Shown here in pieces: positions 1 to 15,125 of a DNA stretch of 64,000 nucleotides. Made by a program: the position numbers and the translations under genes. The notes under the pieces are model-generated. The model saw only the letters and a program-made list of their open reading frames with translations, was not told the origin of the DNA and made no database searches. Origin of the DNA: Octopus vulgaris (taxonomy: Eukaryota). Positions within the stretch are counted from its first letter, which is position 1, and each line of letters starts with the position of its first letter. The stretch lies in assembly GCA_951406725.2 (NCBI GenBank), contig OX597828.1, positions 63,922,001-63,986,000 on the forward strand, given 5' to 3'.

Positions 1-88
1 ACCTATGTGGTGGTTTAATAAAGTATGTGATTGAGTATTATCTGGTAATTGATATTTGATTTAGATGTATTTCTCCATTTTCTTTTGT

Positions 89-147
<59 letters not shown>

Positions 148-207
148 GTAAAGGGAAAGAAAGAGAGTGAGATAGTGATTAAGAGAGATAGGAAGAAAGA
201 GACTCAC

Positions 208-219
208 CAGGTCGAGGAG
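208..219 (-). CDS. Candidate 12-nt microexon CTCCTCGACCTG (phase 1: A-P-R-P)
   Basis: tcttcttcgctatatctttttcag | exon | gtgagtc. Confidence 0.6.
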
Positions 220-749
220 CTGAAAAAGATATAGCGAAGAAGATATGAAATATGTATGACATTTTCAAGTGAACTTTGAACTGGAATATGCTACATTTCT
301 TAGAATTATATTTATATAGAGGCGAGTATACATTCCGAGTTTACGTATTTCATACCAAGAGAATGAGATACGTTTTCTGATGCTATAAAGCTTTCACATA
401 CGACAGTTTGTGTGTTGGCTTTCACCAGCGAACAAGAGTTAATAAGGATCAGGTGGAACGTCCAGTAATCGCTCCAAAGTGGTTTATATGATCGATATAA
501 CTGATCGTCGATGAATTATATCATCCTCAAATCTTTCACACTCTCATTGTGGTGTTATAACGATGATCAAGGTCATGATCTTCGAATATAAGAAATCAGT
601 ATGTATTATTAATATTATTTCCTAAAGGATAACAATATCGTAATTTAACTTTTGGCTCAGAGATTAATTATACTGGAATACGTTACGGATGAGAATAATA
701 ATAATAATAATAATAATAAGCATTATTATTATGAAAATCATTATAATTG

Positions 750-959
750 TTTTGGGTTTTGGCACAAGGTCAACCATATTAAGGACAGGGGTTAGTTACG
801 TCGGTCCAGTACACAACTGGTACTTTATTTTATGGACGCCGAAAGGATGAAAGGCAGAGTAGATCTCGGCAGAATTTGAGCGCAGAACGTAAAGAACCAG
901 ATGAAATGCTATCAAGCATTTTGTACGACGCACTAAGGATTCTGCCTGTCCGTCGCCTT
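750..959 (-). mobile_element. tRNA-derived SINE, family B (octopus type)
   Basis: On the minus strand: ggcgacggacaggcagaatccttagt...ttctgcgctcaaattctgccgag...cctttcatcctttcgg...aagtaccagttg; many copies in the window. Confidence 0.75.
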
Positions 960-2168
960 AATAATAACGGCAATAATAATAGTAATAATAATAATAACAG
1001 CAATTTGATAATAATAATACTAATTGTTGCTATTTTTATTATTAATATTTTAAACATATTTTAACATGGGAAATCGGATTATATAAATACATTGCATTAT
1101 ATCTTTAGTAATCGGGCGATTCGCTTTTAGCGATGCATCTTAATGCAAAAATACGAAGCGTTAAAGTAGCATGAAGGTTTGCAATATAGAACAGAGAGAG
1201 AAATAACGAACCTTAATAATTGGTGAATGAAAAGGAAGTAAATAGGAACGATGCAAGAAGGAAAAGTAAATGAATAGAAGCAAAGAAGCGAGATAAAGAT
1301 GTGTTGTTGGGAAATACTTTGTAGTAAGAGATATCGGCAATGTGAGACATTGTCGTTGAATGAAGAACAGACTGAGTTATAATAATAATAACAACAACAG
1401 CTGACACTATAGCATGATCGGCTTTCTTTATTCAGAATGCACTGTAACTGACGCAACGAAACACGTTTCCTGCTGCTCTATAACAATATCACACATGTCG
1501 TCAGTTTCTTTTCTGGTTTAAGTTCTTACGAGCAAGACTTAGCTGGAGCAACGCATTCTGATGAAATTACATCAAATTGGTTAGCGATTACATTTAAATA
1601 TATTATAGAAGATAATAATAATGATACAGTAATTATTATAGTAAAATTATTATCAGCATTGTTATTATTATTATTAATGGTAATAATAATAATAATAATA
1701 ATGATAATAATAATAATAGATAATAATATTTTAGAGGTAATGAAAACATTTATTAAAAATCTAAATATTGGAGGTGTATCTACAGTAAACAGGTAATATG
1801 TCTTCGAAGAATGCATACCAATGCAAAGAATAGTGATGCGAAAAGCAGTAATGAAGAATGCAGAAAGAAACAGAAACGAAATGTAAAGAAATGTAAAGAA
1901 TGGTAAACGAATACGAATGAAAAGAAATAGGAACAATGCAAGAATGAAAAGAAATAGGAACAATGCAAGAATGAAAAGTAAATGAATGAAAGCAAAGAAG
2001 CGAGATAGAGATGTACCTAGACAAGCATTTCGTAATGATAAATATCGGCAATGCGAAACATAGTTGTAGTAGTTGTTGTAACAAGGGCTTAGCAACTAAA
2101 TCAGCCCTGAACAGGTTGGTTTATTGTAAAAGACATTCCGGTCATGACCACTTCATGTGATTTCTATG

Positions 2169-2241
<73 letters not shown>

Positions 2242-2775
2242 GGGAGGGGGTTAGTTATCCGATATGTTCTGTATGATTTGAGTGACAGAGAAAAGTTTGG
2301 CTTATATTTCAAGCAGGAAGAATGGTCCTCTTCTTGATGTGTTGGCTGTTGCATCAAAAGAACCAGATAGGATAACGCCTAATAAATTCTGTTGAGAATT
2401 GGAATCCTCTGATTAACATAAGGTGTGATAATTTACCTCGTAATTATCCACAAATTCTTGTAATCATGATCATCATCATCATGATTAAAATAAAATACAC
2501 TAAATATTGGGGTTATTTTAAGGGACTCATTTCCTTCGCAAAAAATGTATTTTTATGCAAAAGTAAAGAATGCAGAAGCCATACTGTTTTGGAAAGATGA
2601 AAGAGAATTTGAAAGAGCGAGTTGTAAATGAGAAAATGGAAAAGAATGAATAAATACAATGTGAGAATGAAAGTATATGAGAGAGAAGCAATGCATTTAT
2701 GCGTGTGTATATATATATATATTTATATATACACGTATGTATGTATATATATTTATGTATAGTCTTTAGACTCAC

Positions 2776-2793
2776 CAGGTCGACAGTTAGGTG
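2776..2793 (-). CDS. Candidate 18-nt microexon CACCTAACTGTCGACCTG (phase 1: A-P-N-C-R-P)
   Basis: tcttcttcttccctatatttcttgcag | exon | gtgagtc. Confidence 0.6.
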
Positions 2794-3179
2794 CTGCAAG
2801 AAATATAGGGAAGAAGAAGATATGAAATATGTATGACGTTTTCAGATTAACATTTGTATACGGATACACTTTCTCACCGTCCGCTTACACACACCCACCC
2901 ACACACGCACTCATACACAGAGACATGCACGCGCGCGCGGAAGCACGCACGCACGCACGCACGCACGCACAAAGAGATGAACAGTTGCACAAGGTGCCGC
3001 ACTGAGTTGAAGCTGGAACCAAATCGCTGCGAAGCTGTCCTCTTAGCGGGATGTTCGTCAGCCCTGCGTTATATAATAGATTAAATATAAGTTGTAAATA
3101 TGTACTTTACATGCGACGCGACGCAGAACAAATCCTGCACCCAAACAGAGTTGATACCGCTGCTCTCATTATATACACA

Positions 3180-3210
<31 letters not shown>

Positions 3211-3304
3211 CTATATATATCTATATACATAGAACAAAAAGAAGTTCAAAGACGAAGTAAAAAAGAATGTATTAAGATTAATATTGAAAATAGAAGGTAA
3301 ACGC

Positions 3305-3339
3305 CTTTACATTTCGAGCATAGGCTCATCTACAGAAAG
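3305..3339 (-). ncRNA. Minimal hammerhead-ribozyme-like motif (core A6 mutated)
   Basis: cttt CTGTAGA t GAGC ctat GCTC GAAA TG T A aagg: stems I and II intact, CUGANGA has one substitution. Confidence 0.55.
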
Positions 3340-3470
3340 AAGAGACGAAGAAAGGGAAAAGGTGAAGACAGAAGAGAACAAACGGGCGTCAAATCGCCTC
3401 AGATGGATTCTTAATGCATTGCTGTAATTGAGTATACAAAATACGTGAGTCCTAAGAGACATTATATTTC

Positions 3471-3588
<118 letters not shown>

Positions 3589-4339
3589 CGTAGAGAGTGC
3601 GTGAGACGAAAGTTTGTTTTTATTATGAACACTGAAAGAGAAACAATGGACTCTGGGACATTATATATGCATATATAAATGAGTAATGTCTGCTTTTCAC
3701 CGTACATCTTCGAATCCGGCGGTAAATTGTGAATGGCCATCTCCACACAAACTAAAAACAATAGAAGCGAGTTTTCATGTCAAAATATTGAAACGATGCT
3801 TTTCTATGGATTTAATAGGATAAGATGGCTACAGAGATTGATGTTAGTTTCAGTTGAAATAAATGGCGTTCTATATAGATTAATAATTATCATCAGATAA
3901 GGAATACTAAAAGGAATGTACATATATATATTAATTATATATATATATATATATGTATATTATATATGCATTATATATATATATATATTATATGTAAGTA
4001 TTATATATATCATATATATATTATGTATGCATGTACATTATGTATATATATATCATATATATGTTATATATATATCATATATATATTATATATATCATAT
4101 ATATATTATATATATCATATATATATCATATATATTATATATATCATATATATATATCATATATATATATATATTATATCATATATATATGTATATTATA
4201 TATTATATATGTATGTTTGTATATTATATATATTATATATATATATGTATGTTATATATATATATATTATATATGTATATTATATATATGTATATATTAT
4301 ATTTATATATATATTATATAGATATATATATTATATATA

Positions 4340-4388
<49 letters not shown>

Positions 4389-5411
4389 ATTATATAAAAG
4401 AGTAAAGAGTATATATATTATACATATATTATACATATATTATATATATATATATATATATATGTAAATTTGGACATAGTCACGTATGAAACGTATAAAA
4501 ACCCTGTATAAATGTGCGTATGTATGTATGTGTGTATATATATATATATTTATATATATATATGAATATATATATATATATGAATATATATGCGCGTATA
4601 TTTGCATATATGGATATATATCTTTGTGTATGTGTATATATGGCTAGATGTATGTATATATTTTTAATATGTATATATGTATTCGTTGATGGAGTAAAAA
4701 ATATCAGCATGCATGGTGGAAAGAAACACATGGAGATAAACTTGGAATATCATCTAATTCTTAGAGCTGCATTTTGAAAGATCTTTGAAGGGAAAATCAC
4801 ACACACACCTAATCAACATACGAACAAAAAAACTATCAATTCCCTTGCTAGGATATTCATACTAACAAGATTGAATCTGGTAAACATTTATCGTCTAGCA
4901 ACGATATCAGTATCCGGAGATTTATGATATCGGCAAAAAATTAGTGTAAAGATATGTCTAGACAATTATATGGCATTGATAAATATCGGTTATATCGAAT
5001 GTTGCTATTGGAACTGTTGTCGATTAGTTTCCATGTGAACCCTGAACAGGTAAGTCCAAAACTAAAGAGGTGCCAGTCAAAATCAACTTGTTTTCTTTTT
5101 GTAAGATGATCGTATTATTCAGAGACTTTTATGCCTTGAAGGCTGCATAGAGTGTTATGAAGTGCTGTGGAGATTTTCTCGCTGCATTGACTGGAAACTC
5201 TATGTAATGGGTGGGAAAAATGCGATGCAGGTTATCAGTCGACGAGACACTCGAGACACTCAACACGAAGAACTTCGCCGCTAGAATGAAACCCAAAAAC
5301 ATTGAAGGGAAGGTCCGTTCTGATGGACGTTTTCAGGGCCCGTCTGTCTGTCTATAGCTATGTATGAATGTTCATATATTTGCATACACATATATACGTG
5401 CGAGTATGTAA

Positions 5412-5448
<37 letters not shown>

Positions 5449-5941
5449 TACATATATATATAAATATATATGTATATATGTGTGCATGTATGTATATAAG
5501 TATATACATACATACCTACGTGCACACACATACGCACACACACACACACGTTTGTGTGTGTGTGTGTGTGTATAGTCATACTAGTTTGAATCTGTTTCTT
5601 CTGAGATACGTTTTCTGCATTTATATAAAGATTCCATATAGCACGTTAGGTCGTTCTCAGCTATTGCAAGTAAAAACCCAGCTGGGGCATCGCATTCTGT
5701 TGAAACTTGCCCCATTCATTACTACCATATACTTTCTATGAAGGATAAAAGGATTTCATTGATAGTTTATGTCAAGATTCTGTATTAATTATCGCTATCT
5801 TCATCCATCATCATCAACATCATCATAACATGCCAGAAATCAACATTTATTGTTAATAATATTTCTGAAAGAAAACTGCTATTCCGTTACACAACCTAAA
5901 CTATTTCGGGTTAGAAATTATACTGAAATATATTAAGGAAG

Positions 5942-6009
<68 letters not shown>

Positions 6010-6255
6010 CATAGTTAAAATTTAAAAAATGTTTTAAAAAATATCAAGAAATACTGGAGTTATGACTATTCTAAACGGGCCATTTCCTTTGAACAATGCA
6101 ATCGAATGCAAAAAAGAAGGAGCGAAAAAGCAATACGGAGATTTGCAATCCGAAAGAGAAGTAGAAGGAACGATCCATAAAAAATTGGTAAACGAAGAAT
6201 AAATGAATGAAAATTCTGGAAGCAATGCATGTATATATAGATATATTTGACTTAC

Positions 6256-6267
6256 CAGGCCGAGACT
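6256..6267 (-). CDS. Candidate 12-nt microexon AGTCTCGGCCTG (phase 1: E-S-R-P)
   Basis: ttttcttcgctatatctcttgcag | exon | gtaagtc; paralogous flanks at 208 and 2776. Confidence 0.6.
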
Positions 6268-6493
6268 CTGCAAGAGATATAGCGAAGAAAATATGAAACA
6301 TGTACGATGTTGTTCAAGAATGCTGTGAATGGAAACTGGCTTTCTTTCCATTCCGATTCATATGTTTTTTGCCTAGAAAAAAATCATGCCATATACTTTT
6401 GGAAAATCGTCTCAAACGATGAATTCTGGACGCATTTCAGCAGTTAAACATACTAAATGCATAAGGTGAATCCTATCTGAGAGACAGCATTTT

Positions 6494-6607
<114 letters not shown>

Positions 6608-6787
6608 TTCTTTGGAAAATAATTTGCAAGTAGTTCCTGGGTTTTAGTGAATTCCTACACCTGTCAACCTGTCGGAAAAAAGAAGATTGTTTCTTTTTAA
6701 AATGCAAACGGTTTTGCTAGTTGACGGGTATAGACAAGTATATAACTTATGTACAGGAACCGCTGTCATGCCACAATGGGCCATTCG

Positions 6788-6848
<61 letters not shown>

Positions 6849-7581
6849 CATACATAATTATTCTTTTGTTATACCAAAACGTAAACTTTAAAAAGTTTGC
6901 AATTCCTTTAAAGAAACCTGCCACAAAGCTAAGACTTATCTCACGATTGCACACCGAAAACCAGACAAAAACTACGGAAGCCTATCCTTTCGACCTAGTA
7001 AAGATATTTTCAACAACTCTATCCTACTGAGTGTAACCTTTTCTTTTGACCAGAGTTTTACTACAACAGCCTATCCTAGCCCTGTCACCGAGATGTTTAA
7101 AACCTGTCATAGATTGAGACGCTGGCATTGTAAAGTTTAAAACATTTGAATTTTATTTTTTTAAACGGCTTAATCAAAGAAGATATGGCAGCGCATATGA
7201 CATTCTATTCAAGAGTTGCTAGGAATATAAGCAAGTTCTTATGAGCTGAAGACTAGGTCTGAGTTCTTGCAACAGTGTGGACTCCGTTAAACGCAGCTGA
7301 TGGTTAAATGTTTGGGTTAAACCGTCTGACGTAATACATCTGTTACAGATGTAACTAATTTATTATTTGTTGTAATTGATTTATTTAGGGAAGTAGTTTA
7401 TATTTAGTAGTTTATATTTAGTAGTGATTTTTATTTCGAGTTTATTTTTACTCTAATGACATTCTTATCATCTTCGGATGCGAGTTCAAAACCCACGACT
7501 TTCATTGCTAACGAGAACAAAATATTTTCAATAAGCAACAGAAAAGCAGATTACTGTGAAGAATTTGAAAGAGAAAGAAGG

Positions 7582-7618
<37 letters not shown>

Positions 7619-10600
7619 GAGAGAAGGAGAGAGGCAAAGAGAAAAGTAGAAAGAGAGAGGTGGGAGGGATTGGTATTTATGAATGTCCGTCAATGAAAGA
7701 ATGAATTTTGAGTTTACATCAAAAGATGGTTAGGGTTAATATTTATGTTCGCTTCGTTGTTTGGTTTATCGTTAGATTTAAAGGAGGACGAAATACAGAA
7801 ATTTATTTGTGATTAGATATAAATTAGACATGACAAGTTAGTATTGTTTTGCGTGGTAGACATATGATAGTTTTTGTTTAGATGTGGCATATATTTAGAT
7901 ATATTTGCTAGATGGCGCATTAATTGCATGTTTTATTGACAAAACACATTGGAATGGAGATGAGCGGGAGCGGCGGTGGCGGCGGGGACACAAATTGAAT
8001 GTTATTTTAATATGGCGCGTTTATTAATCAAATTTTATTTTATGTTGCACTTTTGTGAAAAATTAAGTCGTTGGTTTCTAGTTTCTAGTAAGCTAGTTAT
8101 TAGTTCATTGTATTTTCAATGATGACAGTGACAAGAGATTATTTGTGAAACTCAGGTGGAACAAACATCACATAAAGGAGTTTCATTCGAAAGCCCTTGT
8201 TTATTGTTTATCCTTTTTTATTTGCCGATGCCTGCATTTATCGCCGATATACATCGACAAAAAATGGACTTGTCCAAAGTAACGCGTAGAGTGAACACAC
8301 GCTACTTTGAACACGGAGGCATGTAGTTACAAAATGAACCCCTTATCGACACAACCATGTCCGCGTTTTGATATAGCAAGTAAAAATGCTATTTAGAAGT
8401 GATAAATTAAAATGTAATTGTGTTGTATGACATTAAAACGTAGTTACAACATAATTGTTATAGATCAAACTATAATATTATGCAAATTTAACTCAATGAA
8501 ATATAGTTTTATAACGCAGATTATAGTTCACAATATAATATAGATATATTGGACACAGTAGAAAATCTCTCGTACTTTGATAATGTGTCACATATGATAT
8601 AGAATATTGATCTGATTTTAGATGTAGAACGTTAGAATGTAATTTTATAAAGTCTTTTTCTAGCACATTCTAAAACAACTTAGAAGCGACACATAAAAAT
8701 TTAATTTTGATGTGGATCACTAGGATGCAACTGAAATTTAGTGCAATATGATCCAGAACTGATTTAGCCCATTTGAATAAAGTTTAATATATTTAGTTGA
8801 CTAATGAACGACATCGTCAAGACAAATTATATTTTATTACGGTTATAATGCGCTACCGTGTAAATGAAAAAAATTTTTTCTGATTTTCTTATAAATAATT
8901 CTATCTAGAGTGGTTTTCTTTGATAAATTTATACATTTACTTGTCGTGTAATGGTTACGTATTTGGTCTTGATGCAATCATGAGATGAGGTTTGTGATGA
9001 CCTTTGCTAACAAAAACTGAAAGAAAGAGAAGCAATGAAAGGAGAGATGAAACTAATGGAAGACAAAATTGGATGAATGTTATAAAAAAAAAAATGGAGA
9101 AATCACGGGATTAGCAGCCGATTTTTCAAAAGAGAGAAATGAAGGAAAAAAATCTTTAAAAAGTCTTTTAGAACTGTTGCATAATAATGTAAAAATGAAA
9201 TGAAGAAAAAAAATCTGCATTTTACTGAAGGGTAGGAGTATATGTGGACTGTAGTCTTGTGTTCTTCGAATCCGGTAGGAGATTGTGTAAAGAATTAGGA
9301 CAGTGTGTGTTTTAGTTTGAGACACTGAGCTGGTAGGGAAAATAATTAAAGAAAACGGCATCAACCAAAATGGAAAAATATTAAATAGAAAATAAAAATA
9401 CAAATAAAAAAATCTCATAAAATAAAACAAAAAATTAAAAAATACAAACCAAATTGTTAACATAGGGGAAAAACGACAAGACAATATTACACACGAAAAT
9501 ATGAAGCTTTTCCACAAAATTATAGAAGGATCAATAATTTAGTTTTCTGTTATTTTCGAAATGTTATCCATGTCATAATCATCTATTTTTTTCCTCACAA
9601 CATTTCGACTGTTATATTCTCCAGGTGTATTCTGATGTCACATTATCTGTGTGGCAACAGAGTTAGAAATCGGCAAAAATTAAAGAAATAAAAAAATATG
9701 GATTGAAATATTTAAAAAAAAAAAGAAACCCACACAATTAGTAAATATGTAGATGACTATCCCAAAATGCAAAAAGCATCGATCAAAAAAAAAAACAAAA
9801 AAACTCTAAAATAATACAAATTACAAAAATATAATATTAATAATTATTGTTATTGACGCATCAAGAGAAATTTCAATTTAATTTTTTTTTCTTTATAATA
9901 TTTCACGAATGAAATTTAATTCAGTTAAAAATCACAGCAAGAAACGATGTTTTCTCAACTCATTCAACATTTTGTCATTTAAATCATATTTTAAATTTAG
10001 CACAATGAAACCGATTTCTAATTAGCTATTTTATCTAATTTTACCCCAACACCTATCCTATTATTGAACGGGGTTGATAAAATATGGTACTATTTAAGTA
10101 CTGTGGTCAATGGCATCGACCGAAGCCTTCCTCTCGAAGTTACTGGCCTTGTGCCAAAACCAGAAGTTGTTACTGTATTGGCGCCATAATTTTGAATGTC
10201 TGGATGAATTATCCTGCAACGAACTAGTGAATCTTCAATAAGGAATGGACTCGACCACCCGCTCTCTCTCGTTTTATCTGATATATTTTAATCTTCATTA
10301 ATTTAGCACAGTTAAGCTCTAAATTCTCTTGTCATGTTTTAATTAAATCCAGTTATTACTGCATTCACTCTTATTCACCGCATCTTACTCGTTTCATTTT
10401 TAAGACCCATGTACTTCGGCAGATTTTTGCAACTAAGTTGGGACGATGTTTTAATCAGAAAATGTCTCAGACATTTTAACACTTGTCCATGGTAATCACA
10501 TCATGGTGGTTTACCTTTATTTCATTCTCAATCTGGTCATGTATACCCCAAATGGTTGTAGCGAAGTGAATACAACTTAGCGTGTTTTGGTACATATCTA

Positions 10601-10624
10601 TATACCTGTTATGCTATTATTATT

Positions 10625-11178
10625 ATGTGAGAGAGCAGTGCATGCCATCAAAGTGACACTGGGGTAAAATATACGAAGCACAGTATACAAATCATGACTA
10701 ACCGTCTGATAAGGGTACACCAGGCACATGCATCAGAACCATATGTACGCACATAGTGATCTTATATCAAGATAAACAGCGCATGACCTTGCAGGTAGGG
10801 TCCAGTTAGAATTTTCTTCAAGTTGAGTAGCCCATCCCACTCAAAAGGCCCCTGGGTAAGGTTTTCTTAAAGATGTTGAACGAAACACCCATGTTTCTGG
10901 AGGTGAATTATCCAAACCCCAAAGAATTCCTCTCAACACACAGCTATGATGCTCCCCCACTACTTCAGCATGATCATCAGAGATGCACATATCGTCAGCC
11001 ACTAAGGGACATGCTCAACTGGTTAAGGTCAAACAACTGCCAAGCAAATATTTGGTATTGAGCAGAATATTTGCTGTAGCCCATATTTTATACCAAGACA
11101 AAACAATGTACATGATAACACTTCCAATCAGTTAAGATCAGAAGCCACGAGAGCCACTGCCTGTCACTGAATCAGGGC

Positions 11179-11180
<2 letters not shown>
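10625..11180. mobile_element. Unclassified interspersed repeat, about 550 bp (second copy at 62272-62784)
   Basis: Highly similar copies 52 kb apart, both starting tgtgagagagcagtgcatgccatcaaagtgac and flanked by trinucleotide microsatellites. Confidence 0.85.
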
Positions 11181-11244
<64 letters not shown>

Positions 11245-11811
11245 CATAAAGAAGCAGAACAAGGCCTTTGGTGATTAATATATAAATTTCCACCCTTTCC
11301 GGAAAGTGGTTTGACAAACTAAATATCAGTCATATACAAGGGTATAAGGATTCTAAGTGACCATTTATGGATACTAGAAATTTCTGATCTTGAGGCCGTG
11401 TGCAAGGGCAACTATCAAATATTTGCGACCTTGCAACCATCTTTGTGATGGTTTTGTAATACTAATATTATTGTTATTCCAATCACACAAAATATAGAAT
11501 CGGTTAAATTGTACCAGATAATAAAATATGAAAAAGAAATTTAACAATAAAGAAAAACAAAAGCACCACGTTGAAATAAAAATTAAAATAAATTACATAA
11601 TTAGATAAATAATAAATAAAAGGAACACATTTACACAACGGATATTTACTCAGCATATATATATATATACACGCATACATACACATATACACAGATATAT
11701 ACATACATACACGCGCACATATATGCATAATTCATGATATATGCACAATATATATATTAAGTAATATTCATACATCCACATACATATGTATATACAATAT
11801 ATAAAATATAC

Positions 11812-11881
<70 letters not shown>

Positions 11882-12572
11882 TGGTATGTATGTACATGTA
11901 TACGTATTGCACACATAGTGATACTGTTTTGCTGCTCAGAGTATCTCCCTCAACGCAATTCTTCAAACAATAAAACGAGAAAGTGTATAAATGGCAGGTT
12001 GGGCATTTCTGGAAAGAACGTGGTATTTCAGGCGCTGTTTCTATTGGACTACTCATCCGCAATGCAAATGTTACACTTCGTTGGTTGCAAGTATGACAGG
12101 TTTTGAATGATTGTGAATGCATTACGTTTTTAGTTTCCAGATATGTTGCAATAGATGTATTGAATTGATTTAACTTTGTGTCTAAAGGTATGTAATTGCT
12201 TTGAATGAGCACTCTTTCAGTGTTCACTGTGAAACTAATGCATTACGGACAAGTTTTATGTCTTAAGAGCAACATAAACTTTCCTTAAATTTAGGGGCAG
12301 AATATTTCCTCCAAGGGGCCAAGGAAAACATTTCCTCGAAGGAATTCTGAATCTTGTCTGCTTAAAATTTAGAATGGCTAAAATTTTCCTTTCACCAGGG
12401 AGAACCAACATCATATCATAATATGACTTTGTATGGATTTCGAAAAAGGCAGGGACCTTTGCATAAAAACTTCTTTACAGTGTATCCCAATCCGCCATTC
12501 ATTCCACTCGTCTGCAGAAGAATCGGAGAGAACGACAAAACTTTAAGTAGCGACGGAATGAATCACTCGCTT

Positions 12573-12630
<58 letters not shown>

Positions 12631-12984
12631 TATAACGAGTGAGATAAAGAATCTAGAAAAAAAAGAGAGAGAGAGAGAGAGAGAGACGATATATCTAAAT
12701 ACAATTTTAGTGGTTAAACGTTGATTGCATGGCAGCCATAACTGTGTTTTCTCATTTTCTTCCTCACCACATTGACTGAAGCATTAGTAAAGAAATCGTA
12801 ACAGTGTTTGTTATGTTGGACTTGAGCAAAGGAACGAACGAGGCTTCACATACACGTGTTACAGAGATGCGTTACAGTCACGATTTACCGCAGCTTGCAT
12901 TTGCCATCCGCAGCAGCAGCAGCACGAGCAGCGTCAACATCATTATCACCATAATTATCACTATAATCATTATTACCATCAACA

Positions 12985-13022
<38 letters not shown>

Positions 13023-13178
13023 GCATCAACATTCCATTTTTAACGATTATTATTAGTGACGCCATGTTTTTTCATGTGTTGGTTTGTTTATGAAGCAACA
13101 TAATACTAAGATTGCCAAAAGAAAAAGACAATGAGACTTGTAACAATAACTATATACACAAATACATGTATCCATCCA

Positions 13179-13227
<49 letters not shown>

Positions 13228-13467
13228 GGATGGATAGATGGATGGATTATAATAAAACGAAGGAGAAACACAGGACAACACAATGACGATTCAATGAATA
13301 AATAAATAAATATAACAACGACAACAAAAAATACAATAAGAAAAACAACAGCACCGAAAAGCCTGACTGTGTGTTCTCATTGCCATGTGGTGGCCATTTG
13401 GAAAGATTCACCTTGTACAGCAGCAAACATTCCAGAAATAAAATAGCAATTTTTAATAATAATAATA

Positions 13468-13675
13468 GTTTCAAATTTGGGCACAACGCCAACAATTTTA
13501 AGACGGTGATGGTTAGTCGATAATGTCGACCCCAGTACTTGACTGGTACTTTATTTTATCGATCCCTAAAGGGATGAAAAACAAAGTTAACCTCCGCGGG
13601 ATTTGAATTCTGGACGTAAAGAGCAGTAATAAATACCGCAAGGTATTTTTGCTCGACCCTCTAACGACGTATCTG
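13468..13675 (-). mobile_element. SINE family B, diverged
   Basis: gtcgataatgtcgaccccagtacttgactggtactttattttatcgatccctaaagggatgaaa...atttgaattc. Confidence 0.7.
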
Positions 13676-13899
13676 ATCTGAAAATCTGAAAACATCGAAA
13701 ATATTAAAATCGATTAAAACATTTCTCTGTGGCTGTAGAGTATGTGAGATTTTGTTTCCCTGTAAGAAGTAGTTTGTTTTATATATTTTCGAATTGGAAA
13801 AGGGGACACGATAAGCACTTCAACCATCACGGTTACAGCAACAATGATAAGAAGAAGAACAAACATTCATTCGCACAGAAGTGAAATGCGTAAGGATTC

Positions 13900-14140
13900 T
13901 AAACGTGTCAAACTATGAAGAACAGACTGGTTGTCTAAATTATATTCCATTATATTGCGACCAAGACTGCAACACTTTGCCGCCCCTCTGAAGAGGATGT
14001 TGATCCCTCTTCCCAGAGAGTGTAGGAACTCATTTACAGCCAAGTGGACTGGAATAACCGAATGAAGTGTTTTGCCCAAGAACACAACGCATCCTCTTTA
14101 GTATCGGAATGCAACATGCCAACCACGTGACCACACGCCA
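13900..14140 (-). mobile_element. SINE family C, diverged (related copies near 52530-52710 and 60750-60890)
   Basis: Minus strand has gttgtgttcttgggcaaaacacttcat...ccagtccacttggctgtaaatgagt, a typical tRNA-SINE body. Confidence 0.55.
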
Positions 14141-14475
14141 CCAACAGTCTCAACTTAATCGGCATCGCAAGACCACTGTCCACCAGTCGGACATTGATAC
14201 TTGTTTTAGAAGGTCGACATCTCCGGTTTATTCTCCCATTTATTGGTGTACAGATGATGGACTGGACAAATACACAGGCAGGAGGGCAAGTGAGGTCGTT
14301 CAATGTAAAACTTATCTAATCTAATCGACAGAGATACTATCGAATGACGGGAACCAAGCCAGATTCCTCGACGATTCCAAGGAGACTTGGCTACGCGACT
14401 GCCCTGATGGCAATCTGACGTGGACCACTTTTAAAGTCCCGTCTCTCCTCTCAACTCGCCCAGCAGTGGCTCAGA

Positions 14476-14529
<54 letters not shown>

Positions 14530-14931
14530 ACTGTTGTTACTGCTGCTCCTCCTCCTCCATTTCCAGCTACTGCTTCTACCCTCCTCCTCCTACAACTGCT
14601 GCTGCTGCTATTTCTACAAAGTCTAATGCATCATAATTTGACACGTATGATGAAGGGGGAATAAAGTCATACCACAATGGAGAAGAAAACAATACGTATT
14701 TTCATAAAATATAAATAAATAACGGTAAAAAAAAAAAGTAAAAGACAAACAAAATCTCATAATACAACATAAAAAGTAAGGAAATCGATATAAGAAAGTA
14801 GTTTTAGATTTGCTCAGAAACGTTTTTGGTGTTAGGAAAGGGAAAAAGAAAAACAATCCGAGGATATTTTGTTCTTGAGGAGTTCGCATGTGTGCTTTTG
14901 GTTGCCCTGAACGACGTGAAGTGGGTGGCAT

Positions 14932-14966
14932 TCAAGGAATTCGAAACTGCGGTCTGTTGACTGCAA
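14932..14966 (-). CDS. Candidate short terminal exon of filamin (VAVNRPQFRIP-stop), followed by U-rich UTR-like sequence
   Basis: Acceptor ttattccctag (alternative ttgcag 6 nt downstream, same frame), phase-1 compatible, 250 nt after the Ig23 donor. No homology support. Confidence 0.4.
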
Positions 14967-15052
14967 CTAGGGAATAACTTTACATATTTTATTTAGTGAT
15001 TGTGATATCCAAACATTGTTTTAGAGCAAGTCTATATTCATACATAAATACA

Positions 15053-15125
<73 letters not shown>

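Noticed and set aside
3916-4467. Long YI/HT/CV/N/L-rich ORFs in the track (e.g. 3916-4467, 21067-21915, 31017-31532, 38316-38807, 44656-45501)
   Set aside because: Translations of microsatellites; no splice or homology support
14200-14470. CRE-type retrotransposon C-terminal remnant (RRLGYA..GN-like)
   Set aside because: Too short and degraded to call without a profile search
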